A stretch of 14,260 nt of DNA from a virus (taxonomy: Duplodnaviria > Heunggongvirae > Uroviricota > Caudoviricetes): the IMG/VR virus record IMGVR_UViG_2706794689_000016, one strand, 5' to 3'. The translations under genes were made by a program, and so were the position numbers. The notes under the pieces were generated by a model. That model had not been told where the DNA came from. It made no database searches and saw only the letters and a list, made by a program, of their open reading frames with translations. Positions 1-8,032 of this stretch are shown one piece after another; position 1 is the stretch's first letter, and each line of letters opens with the position of its first letter.

Positions 1-1250
1 CTACGATAACCGCGCATTCAACATGGCTACCTGTTCGTCGTTCATGTCATCAATCCACATACCGTAAATTTCATACACCATCTGCGCAGTTTCATGCCCC
101 ATCTGGCTGGCTATAAACGCCGGGTTCGCTCCTGCCGTCAACAGCCAGCAGGCAAAAGTATGCCGCGTATGGTACGGATTACGGCGGCGAATACCAGCAC
201 GTTTTACTGCTGCATTCCATCTCGCACCCAAACTGCTTACCGAGTAATAAGGTTTCTGTTTTCCGTTACACACTCTGGGCATGAAAACAAAATGCAGTTT
301 TTGCTTTTCGGTTCTGCCGTACTCCCGATGATAAAAAGTGATTTCGCTTTTGCGATGATGCCCGGTCAGTTTGTATTGCTCCTTCAGTGCTTCAAGAGCA
401 GGCTGCAGTAGTGTTACCGTCCGGATCCCCGCATTTGTTTTTGGGGGACCGAACATATCCAGTATCGTCAGGTTTCTTCTGACATTCACAACTCCCTTCT
501 CGAAATCCACATCCTCCCACGCCAGAGCAGCCAGTTCCCCGTGACGAAGCCCGGAGTATACGGCAAATTTCCACAAGTTCTGGCTCTGTCCTTTTTCACT
601 TTCCATTAATGCATTGAATTCTGTTTTAGATAACGGGTCAGGCTTTATTCTGTTTCTCTGTAATTTCTTTACTCCTTCAAATGGTTTGGTTGATATAAAT
701 CCCGACTGATACGCAAAACGTAACAACGAACAGAGCAGGGCGATATAGTTATCAACTGTGCGCACGGTTCTTCCTTTTTTGTTGGATCTTGGATTATCCA
801 GGTAAAGCGTTTCTCCATGCAGCAGTTCATTCCGGTAGTTTAAGATATCGCTATAACGAATATGCGATATCGGAGTACTCTCACAAATTATTATCCTGAG
901 TGTTTTTAATTGTGATTTCGTTTTCTTCATTGTGTTTGTTGTTAACTCTGTTTCTTTAATTTTTGTCCAGATATCACAAAGCTCCCCGAACGTTTTTATG
1001 ACCCTCGTTGTCACCATTTTTGNNNNNNNNNNNNNNNNNNNNNNNNNNNNNNNNNNNNNNNNNNNNNNNNNNNNNNNNNNNNNNNNNNNNNNNNNNNNNN
1101 NNNNNNNNNNNNNNNNNNNNNNNNNNNNNNNNNNNNNNNNNNNNNNNNNNNNNNNNNNNNNNNNNNNNNNNNNNNNNNNNNNNNNNNNNNNNNNNNNNNN
1201 NNNNNNNNNNNNNNNNNNNNNNNNNNNNNNNNNNNNNNNNNNNNNNNNNN
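1..1250 (-). CDS. intR: Tyrosine recombinase/integrase IntR, 3' end beyond the window start, 5' end inside masked run 1023-1276
   Basis: Minus-strand ORF reaching coordinate 1 without a stop; translation (…HTRHTFACWLLTAGANPAFIASQMGHETAQMVYEIY…) carries the phage-integrase catalytic region with the R..H..Y-type C-terminal motif. Start position is estimated, not seen. Confidence 0.8.
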
Positions 1251-1461
1251 NNNNNNNNNNNNNNNNNNNNNNNNNNGGATAGTTATACCAGATAATCCCT
1301 CGCTTACTGTCTGGCTTCCCTAAAGGAGATACTCGTTTGAAGTGGAAGCCTTCCACCCAACAGTTCTGGCGGTATGCTTCAATTTGTCTGGCCCCCAGAC
1401 CAGTGCGAAGCATCAGGCCGTATTCAACCATCCACTCTTCATTAAAGATTACTTGTGCCAT
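1246..1461 (-). CDS. xisR: Excisionase XisR (YdaQ-like); 3' end masked
   Basis: ATG at 1461..1459 preceded by GAGGTG 7 nt upstream; visible N-terminus [61 protein letters not shown] matches my recollection of Rac excisionase. The ORF track joins it to the integrase frame only because of the mask. Confidence 0.65.
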
Positions 1462-1607
1462 CGCATCACCTCTGGCAGGCGCCAATGTTAGACTTAAATT
1501 GACGCCCGATGTTGATTATTAATNNNNNNNNNNNNNNNNNNNNNNNNNNNNNNNNNNNNNNNNNNNNNNNNNNNNNNNNNNNNNNNNNNNNNNNNNNNNN
1601 NNNNNNN

Positions 1608-1802
1608 NNNNNNNNNNNNNNNNNNNNNNNNNNNNNNNNNNNNNNNNNNNNNNNNNNNNNNNNNNNNNNNNNNNNNNNNNNNNNNNNNNNNNNNNNNNNN
1701 NNNNNNNNNNNNNNNNNNNNNNNNNNNNNNNNNNNNNNNNNNNNNNNNNNNNNNNNNNNNNNNNNNNNNNNNNNNNNNNNNNTTAACATTGTCATATCTC
1801 AT
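1608..1802 (-). CDS. ralR: RalR (Lar) toxin / restriction-alleviation protein; only the first 6 codons visible, remainder in masked run 1524-1782
   Basis: Minus-strand ATG at 1802..1800 giving MRYDNV…, 55 nt downstream of the recT stop, as in the Rac arrangement recT-ralR. End coordinate is an estimate from the expected length of about 64 aa. Confidence 0.5.
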
Positions 1803-1828
1803 AATTTTTCTCATAAAAATATTTCAAG

Positions 1829-1851
1829 TTGGCGGTGCATTACACCGCCAG
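1829..1851. other. Stem-loop between recT stop and ralR start
   Basis: GGCGGTG-CATTA-CACCGCC (7-bp GC-rich stem, extendable by T-A and G-U pairs), located between the recT stop codon (1858) and the ralR start (1802). Confidence 0.4.
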
Positions 1852-1857
1852 GCTGAA

Positions 1858-2692
1858 TTATTCCTCTGAATTATCGATTACACTGTATTCCCCGGTTAAT
1901 ACAGAGGAATCTGCAGGATCGATTGTCAGTGGTTCCTTTTCATCCATTGATACTGCACGCTGGATCTCAATTGATACGGGCAGATATTTGAACAGGCGAC
2001 GAATAGCCGTTTTCTTTGCCATTTCTTCCCAGTGAGTTACCCACGGCCCGTTATTACCAGCTTTACTCTGGCTGCGCACCAGCTCAATCTGTTTGCGCGT
2101 CATAACTTCAAACTGAGTACCTCCGTCTTTCAGTCTTGCGACAGCATAGACGTGGGTAACAGGGGCATCTTCGTTTTCTCCTGGGCGGTGTATTAACTTT
2201 TCATCAAGGCCAAATTCGAAATTAAACTCGTCACCTTCACGGACAACACGGGCTGACAGGCTGGCGATTTGACCTGAACGGCGAGCCAGATCAATCATGC
2301 CGCGATAGCNNNNNNNNNNNNNNNNNNNNNNNNNNNNNNNNNNNNNNNNNNNNNNNNNNNNNNNNNNNNNNNNNNNNNNNNNNNNNNNNNNNNNNNNNNN
2401 NNNNNNNNNNNNNNNNNNNNNNNNNNNNNNNNNNNNNNNNNNNNNNNNNNNNNNNNNNNNNNNNNNNNNNNNNNNNNNNNNNNNNNNNNNNNNNNNNNNN
2501 NNNNNNNNNNNNNNNNNNNNNNNNNNNNNNNNNNNNNNNNNNNNNNNNNNNNNNNNNNNNNNNNNNNNNNNNNNNNNTCATTGATGGCTGGTTAATAAAA
2601 CTAATCACGTCGTTATTTTTAATTGCTGCTGGTGCACGGTTTCCCTGAGTTTTTTGCAGATCGGCTTTTGCGATTGGTGGTTGCTTAGTCAT
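1858..2692 (-). CDS. recT: RecT single-strand annealing protein (interrupted by masked run 2310-2577)
   Basis: N-terminus [38 protein letters not shown] and C-terminus …[29 protein letters not shown]…VIDNSEE* both recognisable as RecT; stop TAA at 1858-1860; start ATG at 2692..2690 with AAGGAA SD 8 nt upstream. Frame does not match across the mask (835 nt span), attributed to the mask. Confidence 0.93.
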
Positions 2693-5173
2693 TTGCATAT
2701 TCCTTAGCCCAGCGGGGCAGTGATAACGTCTTAATAGCTGGCCATTCATCGGTATTGAGGCAGTCAGCCAGGGTTCGCAGATTGCGGTGATATTCCAGCT
2801 GACCTGCCAGTTTTGCTTCTTCGCCCATCATGAAAATTNNNNNNNNNNNNNNNNNNNNNNNNNNNNNNNNNNNNNNNNNNNNNNNNNNNNNNNNNNNNNN
2901 NNNNNNNNNNNNNNNNNNNNNNNNNNNNNNNNNNNNNNNNNNNNNNNNNNNNNNNNNNNNNNNNNNNNNNNNNNNNNNNNNNNNNNNNNNNNNNNNNNNN
3001 NNNNNNNNNNNNNNNNNNNNNNNNNNNNNNNNNNNNNNNNNNNNNNNNNNNNNNNNNNNNNNNNNNNNNNNNNNNNNNNNNNNNNNNNNNNNNNNNNNNN
3101 NNNNNNNNGTAAATTGATGATTCAGCGTGTCCGGCGCTTTCAACAAGCCATTGCCCCAGCGGCAAAGCCATAACGCTCTGATACATGAGTTCAATTTTCC
3201 GGCCTTCTTCGGCAGTGATAACCGTTTTTCCTGTGCTTGCGCATTCCCTCAGAAACGCTTTCTCTTCTTCTTTTCCGGAGTTTGTCCGGCGGTTAAATTC
3301 AGGTGCTACGATAAAGCGGTTACTGAATTCTTCCGGCTCAAGTACCCGGCNNNNNNNNNNNNNNNNNNNNNNNNNNNNNNNNNNNNNNNNNNNNNNNNNN
3401 NNNNNNNNNNNNNNNNNNNNNNNNNNNNNNNNNNNNNNNNNNNNNNNNNNNNNNNNNNNNNNNNNNNNNNNNNNNNNNNNNNNNNNNNNNNNNNNNNNNN
3501 NNNNNNNNNNNNNNNNNNNNNNNNNNNNNNNNNNNNNNNNNNNNNNNNNNNNNNNNNNNNNNNNNNNNNNNNNNNNNNNNNNNNNNNNNNNNNNNNNNNN
3601 NNNNNNNNNNCCGCCAGTCTGGCCGCAGGCATTGCAGGCTATTTCCGGTTCCTGTTGCACTACTGGCTCAGGTTGATTCATATCCGGGCTGGTTTTTTCC
3701 GTTTCTGGCTGGTTCTGGTACACACAATCGCGAGTCTGGATCCCCTTTACCCATTTCGGATCGTTCGGGTCGCTAATTCCGTCAACAAATTCACCACGTG
3801 ATGCAGCAAGCAATTTATCGGCATCGACAGGATTTTTTGATGGAATGTTTTTCCGGGCTTCATGGAGTTCTGCCCGCAGTTCCTGATATTTCGCATCAAC
3901 AGAATTTACCTGTGACTGAGCATCCAGCGGCTGCGTGTCCTGATGATGTTCAGTTGCGTCCGGTTCCATTGTTTCAGCCTCTCCCTGTTCAACTGCCGTT
4001 GTTCCAGATGGTTGCGGTTTTTCTTCATCATCCTGTTTTCCTTCTTCTGTTACTCGCTGCGGCATCGGGGCAGAGGAGCGACCGCAGGCAATATCCACGA
4101 TTTCCGGATCAGGGTTGGCATGATCGGTTTCAGTCAGTACTTTGTTCAGATATTCAGTGACGTGCGCGGGGATGACCTCGATCCCAATTGGTGCTTCTTT
4201 TACGGACGCAACCACGATGGCGCGGGAATAATCCAGCCCGCCAGGCATGGTGATGAATTTGTCGCGGAAAACAGAAAAGGGCGGTTTATTTTCAGCGATA
4301 ATTTCCTCAATGCGTTTAGCGTGTGCCGGATGAAGGTTATAGATGTCCAGATCCATTGAACGGGCCAGTACGCCAGTGGCTACGTCCCGCGCCAGTGACG
4401 TCAGATCGTGTACGAAACCTTCGCCGCGATCGGTGAGGTTTCCGCCGCCAGCATTAGCACCGGAAGCCGTGCGAGTGATGTGTGAAACACGATTACCCTT
4501 CATCCACTCTTTTGTCAGCAGTCCTCGATCGGTGTAGTCAGCGTTCAGGTATGCTTCGAAAAAAGCAGTTATCAGTCCCAGGTTTGAATTACCAGGATTA
4601 GGGAAAACTTTGTCNNNNNNNNNNNNNNNNNNNNNNNNNNNNNNNNNNNNNNNNNNNNNNNNNNNNNNNNNNNNNNNNNNNNNNNNNNNNNNNNNNNNNN
4701 NNNNNNNNNNNNNNNNNNNNNNNNNNNNNNNNNNNNNNNNNNNNNNNNNNNNNNNNNNNNNNNNNNNNNNNNNNNNNNNNNNNNNNNNNNNNNNNNNNNN
4801 NNNNNNNNNNNNNNNNNNNNNNNNNNNNNNNNNNNNNNNNNNNNNNNNNNNNNNNNNNNNNNNNNNNNNNTTGATAGTGAGCGTTGTCTGGTGCTGCTCC
4901 CGGTTTTAGTTCCCATGTCATGGAGTCTTTGCTGAGTTGATAGCGTTCACTCCAGGTAAAATCGATCTCACCTTCAGCGGGCAGGTCATTAACGACAGGA
5001 AAATTCGTGGCAACAGCTTTAAAATAGCTGCTCAGTTTTTTACCTGACTTAACGATCAGGTAGTCCAGAGTGGCACAGGTCGATTCAAAATCGTTGCTTG
5101 CCCACAGGACGACGTCAGGTTCACCGGATGATTTTTTCGCTTTCCGTAACAGGAAGAGTGGTTTTGTGCTCAT
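2685..5173 (-). CDS. recE: RecE exonuclease VIII (interrupted by masked runs 2839-3108, 3351-3610, 4615-4870)
   Basis: N-terminus [46 protein letters not shown]…, middle block …[33 protein letters not shown]… and C-terminus …[51 protein letters not shown] recognisable as RecE. The stop TAA 2685-2687 overlaps the recT start in the arrangement AATGACTAA (coupled genes). Confidence 0.93.
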
Positions 5174-5244
5174 TGTTTTTTAACCTCAACTCAGATTAAA
5201 ATTCGTTTTGTTCAGTGAATGATCTTGCCGGATACACACTGTTC

Positions 5245-5269
5245 ATAGCCTGCGCCATACGCAGGCTAT
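5245..5269. other. Perfect 10-bp stem / 5-nt loop hairpin in the racC-recE intergenic region
   Basis: ATAGCCTGCG-CCATA-CGCAGGCTAT, 5 nt downstream of the racC stop; a T-rich run (TTCTTTC) follows on the plus strand only. Confidence 0.5.
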
Positions 5270-5274
5270 TTCTT

Positions 5275-5550
5275 TCAGATTTCACCTTTTAATTTCATTG
5301 CAATTAGAGTTGCCAGAAATTCGGCTTTTTTTTCTGCGGGCAGATTCTTTCCGATATGCACCAGGCACATTTTTTTGACACCTTCATCAAGTGTTTTTAC
5401 GTTGCCTGATGGACCATCGATATCAACCACAGTGAATGGGGTTTCTTTATTTTCTGTTTTAATTACGTAGCCAATGCGCTTTCCTTCCAGATTCACCTCG
5501 TGAACAATGTCATCGGTAGTTACAACAGTGGCTTCATAATTGGTAATCAT
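5275..5550 (-). CDS. racC: RacC, small Rac prophage protein of unknown function
   Basis: ATG at 5550..5548 with GGAG SD 8 nt upstream; 91-aa product MITNYEATVVTTDDIVHEVNLEGKRIGYVIKTENKETPFTVVDIDGPSGNVKTLDEGVKKMCLVHIGKNLPAEKKAEFLATLIAMKLKGEI; stop TGA 5275-5277. Confidence 0.85.
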   Translation of the reverse strand: MITNYEATVVTTDDIVHEVNLEGKRIGYVIKTENKETPFTVVDIDGPSGNVKTLDEGVKKMCLVHIGKNLPAEKKAEFLATLIAMKLKGEI

Positions 5551-5624
5551 GTTTTTCTCCTTAATTAAGGTTGAGCGAATACCTGCCATTTCTGGCATAA
5601 ATTCAGTTTCGAATAGTCAATTAA

Positions 5625-5795
5625 TTAAAGTTCATGTGCCATCTGGTCTTTTTCGGCACAAGCTTCACTGCAATATTTTCTCGGTTCGTCTTTTGATAAA
5701 ATCCCGTGCATGAAGTGAAGCATTCTTTCAATAGCTTTGCTTTCTTCAACGTCTTTTTTGCAAAGGTGGTAAGCACATTTTATTTTCTTAGTCAT
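5625..5795 (-). CDS. ydaE: YdaE, small Cys/His-rich (putative zinc-binding) Rac protein, 56 aa; below the ORF-track length cut-off
   Basis: Hand translation of the minus strand from ATG 5795..5793: [12 protein letters not shown]… ending …EKDQMAHEL followed by TAA at 5627..5625. The start overlaps the kilR stop (TGATG). Confidence 0.8.
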   Translation of the reverse strand: MTKKIKCAYHLCKKDVEESKAIERMLHFMHGILSKDEPRKYCSEACAEKDQMAHEL

Positions 5796-6016
5796 CACCA
5801 TGACTCCGCCTTTACAGGTAAACCATCACGACCGAGGAAGACTTTAATCATGCGGTCAGTAATGCATGTTTTTGTGGTCAGGTTACGAATATATAGTTTT
5901 CGCTTTTTAATATTGTTTGCCGAGGCAATATATGTCCGGCCTTCATGAAGAACATAATCGCCAGGAGTCACACACTGACGTGGTATTTCATCAGTTCCGA
6001 AGTGATGTGCAATCAT
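5795..6016 (-). CDS. kilR: KilR, prophage-encoded killing protein/cell-division inhibitor
   Basis: ATG at 6016..6014 with GGAG 7 nt upstream; 73-aa product [73 protein letters not shown]; the ORF-track start at 6028 is a 4-codon upstream extension. Confidence 0.85.
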   Translation of the reverse strand: MIAHHFGTDEIPRQCVTPGDYVLHEGRTYIASANNIKKRKLYIRNLTTKTCITDRMIKVFLGRDGLPVKAESW

Positions 6017-6190
6017 AATTATCTCCATTTTTACAAATGAACTTTGTTGATGCGGTGCCTGGTGCCTCCAGGTGACTGCAACCAGTTAACAATTACAGTC
6101 GGCTTTCCCACCCAAACCAATAAGGACTAACATGACTTTTAACTGTGCCACGTGCGCTTAGCCGCATTCACCGCATCACAAAATTCACTT

Positions 6191-6239
6191 TAAAAAGGGC
6201 GGACATCAGCCGAACTTCAAGAAAAAAACTGATGCCGCC
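6191..6239 (-). terminator. Candidate intrinsic terminator for leftward transcription, between the immunity-proximal genes and kilR
   Basis: Minus-strand RNA GGCGGCAUCAG - 19-nt loop - CUGAUGUCCGCC (11 bp with one bulged U) followed by CUUUUUA; the U-tract is present only in the minus orientation. Confidence 0.5.
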
Positions 6240-6457
6240 AGGACTACACACAGCAATGTCGTTATTTACAACCGGAGGCGCACTCCCACCATTTAAATTT
6301 AACAGACAAGACCGACTCTTTATGGATATCGGAAATGCGCCTTCGTGTTGTGCCCGGTTTTATTTCACCACCTCCGGGCTTCGGTGGTCTCGGCTATACC
6401 CCTACAGCGAGAGCTTGTGTTAACATTTCAATACCCTTACAGTTGAGAGTTATTGAT

Positions 6458-6946
6458 ATGTTGGATGTATTTACTCCATTGTTGAAACTTTTTGCTAACG
6501 AGCCACTCGAAATACTTATGTATACGATTATCATTTTTGGTCTCACTCTCTGGCTGATACCGAAAGAGTTTACTGTCGCATTCAATGCTTATACTGAAAT
6601 ACCTTGGCTCTTTCAGATTATCGTTTTTGCCTTTTCTTTCGTGGTCGCCATTTCCTTCTCAAGATTGCGAGCACATATTCAAAAGCATTATTCATTACTA
6701 CCAGAGCAACGAGTATTGCTTCGTTTATCTGAGAAAGAAATCGCTGTATTTAAAGATTTCCTTAAAACAGGAAATCTTATTATCACTTCTCCTTGCCGTA
6801 ACCCGGTTATGAAAAAATTAGAACGGAAGGGCATCATTCAACATCAGAGTGATAGCGCAAACTGTTCTTATTATCTCGTCACCGAAAAATACTCCCATTT
6901 TATGAAGTTATTCTGGAACAGCAGGAGTAGACGTTTTAATCGTTAG
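6458..6946 (+). CDS. sieB: SieB superinfection-exclusion membrane protein
   Basis: ATG 6458-6460 with GAGAG SD; 162-aa hydrophobic product MLDVFTPLLKLFANEPLEILMYTIIIFGLTLWLIPKEF…; an in-frame upstream ATG at 6335 would give 203 aa but has a weaker SD. Confidence 0.85.
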   Translation: MLDVFTPLLKLFANEPLEILMYTIIIFGLTLWLIPKEFTVAFNAYTEIPWLFQIIVFAFSFVVAISFSRLRAHIQKHYSLLPEQRVLLRLSEKEIAVFKDFLKTGNLIITSPCRNPVMKKLERKGIIQHQSDSANCSYYLVTEKYSHFMKLFWNSRSRRFNR

Positions 6947-7098
6947 CTTACTGTGTGCTTCTCCAACCATCGGCGCGCACCAGTTTCGGTTTTAAATGTT
7001 TTGCTTTTGGTATACGTCATGGCAGTGAACGTTCCATCCTGGTTGGGGAACACGCCGCACACCAGGGATTCGTTGTTGCCGAGGTCGATTTTTTGCAT
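6943..7098 (-). CDS. ydaF: YdaF, small Rac protein of unknown function, 51 aa; below the ORF-track cut-off
   Basis: Hand translation of the minus strand from ATG 7098..7096: MQKIDLGNNESLVCGVFPNQDGTFTAMTYTKSKTFKTETGARRWLEKHTVS, stop TAA 6945..6943; its 3' end overlaps the sieB 3' end by 4 nt. Confidence 0.75.
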   Translation of the reverse strand: MQKIDLGNNESLVCGVFPNQDGTFTAMTYTKSKTFKTETGARRWLEKHTVS

Positions 7099-7108
7099 TT
7101 TGCGAATC

Positions 7109-7243
7109 TCACATCTTGTTGCTGTGTATAGCGACTTCTGCCTGCCAGAGATCCCAGTCGTTGCTGCGTAAAGCCTGCACAGCCTGGTTGTAAGTGATAC
7201 CGCAACAATCCATCAAATACTGAACTACTTCGTAATGCACCAT
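7109..7243 (-). CDS. ydaG: YdaG, small Rac protein of unknown function, 44 aa
   Basis: ATG 7243..7241 preceded by GGGGAGAG SD; product MVHYEVVQYLMDCCGITYNQAVQALRSNDWDLWQAEVAIHSNKM; the 60-aa track ORF starting at 7291 is an upstream extension without an SD. Confidence 0.8.
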   Translation of the reverse strand: MVHYEVVQYLMDCCGITYNQAVQALRSNDWDLWQAEVAIHSNKM

Positions 7244-7410
7244 CTTATCTCTCCCCTTAACGCCGGGTGGCGGAACTGAAACCTGCTGCACTGCAAAATC
7301 TGAACCCTGCCGTCATGTTCATACGCCTCGGGCTGGCTACTTAACCCCTGACCACTGCCTGGTAACTCGAAGTATTGCCCTGCGTTCTGTGGGGCGGGGT
7401 GGGTTGGTAG

Positions 7411-7465
7411 GTATATAATGTACTTTGTGTTCATTGATGTAAAGTACTATAAGTACATTTTGTGT
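7411..7465 (-). promoter_or_regulatory. Candidate leftward (pL-like) promoter with an inverted pair of the ATGTACT motif
   Basis: Minus strand TTTACA (7443..7438) - 17 nt - CATTAT (7420..7415); 9-bp inverted repeat AATGTACTT (7417-7425) / AAGTACATT (7451-7459) brackets the promoter; a perfect TATAAT also reads on the plus strand at 7414-7419. Confidence 0.4.
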
Positions 7466-7533
7466 GTAAAAAAATGAGATGGGATAAAGTGAAGCACAAA
7501 CCCGGAGGGGGACGCTACCGGATTTATGCTGGT

Positions 7534-7953
7534 TTAAGAGGCTTTTTGTTTTTTCTTTCGTGCTAGCTCTTCGTAAATTGCATTGTACTTCTGTTTTTTC
7601 TCCTCAAGAGTTTTTAAAAGTTCATCTGTCTCACTGTCAGGGAGCTCGTCCAGAAGGTCAATGATGATTTTTTGTCTTGGATTTAACTCCTGATAGAAAC
7701 GTACCTGTCCACTTTCTTCTGTATCCTCTCCCAAAAGATAGGTTGGTGTTGTTCCAATGAGTGTTGCTAATTCCCTTAATTTCTCTCGGCGAGGAATTGT
7801 TTCGCCATTAAACCATTTGCTAACCGCTTTTGGTGTTAATTTCATTCGACGGGCAATTTCTGCCTGCCTTCCATGTTGTTCATAACCAGCGTTTTCACAG
7901 GCTAGCGCAAGCCTACTGGCGAACTCTTTACGCGCTTTATCTTCATGAACCAT
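7534..7953 (-). CDS. racR: RacR, cI-like HTH_XRE prophage repressor
   Basis: Product MVHEDKARKEFASRLALACENAGYEQHGRQAEIARRMKLTPKAVSKWFNGETIPRREKLRELATLIGTTPTYLLGED… has a clear helix-turn-helix; divergent from ydaS. Start is ATG 7953 (139 aa) or GTG 7971 (145 aa); neither has an SD. Confidence 0.8.
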   Translation of the reverse strand: MVHEDKARKEFASRLALACENAGYEQHGRQAEIARRMKLTPKAVSKWFNGETIPRREKLRELATLIGTTPTYLLGEDTEESGQVRFYQELNPRQKIIIDLLDELPDSETDELLKTLEEKKQKYNAIYEELARKKKQKAS

Positions 7954-7971
7954 AAGTTCAATGATATTCAC

Positions 7972-8032
7972 TCTTGAATGTACTGTCAGTTCTGTTATAG
8001 CATGTACTCAAAGTTCACATTGTGAGGGTGAT
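7972..8032 (+). promoter_or_regulatory. racR-ydaS divergent control region: candidate rightward promoter for ydaS with two direct ATGTACT operator-like motifs
   Basis: TTGAAT (7974-7979) - 16 nt - TATAGC (7996-8001); ATGTACT at 7978-7984 overlaps the -35 and at 8002-8008 overlaps the -10/start region; followed by the ydaS SD. Confidence 0.5.

Noticed and set aside
1023-1276. N-runs (12 in total, 250-272 nt each) as possible biological gaps or repeats
   Set aside because: They are masked sequence; genes run into and out of them, and frames and lengths do not carry across, so no feature was inferred from them or from the X-only ORFs in the track.
1-1485. Single 494-aa minus-strand ORF in the track
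   Set aside because: It is an artefact of masked run 1023-1276 joining the excisionase frame (xisR N-terminus, 1277-1461) to the integrase frame; these are two genes.
1466-1523. Tail of a minus-strand ORF (…[18 protein letters not shown]) as the ydaC C-terminus
   Set aside because: Only 18 codons are visible, I cannot recall the YdaC sequence to confirm, and the expected position of ydaC falls mostly inside masked run 1524-1782; left unannotated.
3798-4537. Plus-strand ORFs of 120, 138 and 64 aa inside recE
   Set aside because: They are antisense to a confidently identified gene, have no SD and have low-complexity, Pro/Arg-rich translations typical of spurious ORFs in coding DNA.
6145-6423. 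92-aa plus-strand ORF in the kilR-sieB intergenic region
   Set aside because: No SD, biased composition, and it overlaps the terminator-like hairpin and the sieB upstream region; more likely non-coding regulatory DNA.
7414-7419. Perfect plus-strand TATAAT as a rightward promoter antisense to racR
   Set aside because: No acceptable -35 element or TG extension upstream; the hexamer is more simply explained as part of the leftward promoter/operator region.
7225-7434. 69-aa minus-strand ORF overlapping the ydaG start
   Set aside because: Its ATG lies upstream of the inferred leftward promoter start, it overlaps ydaG out of frame, and the product is Pro/Gly-rich and unconvincing.
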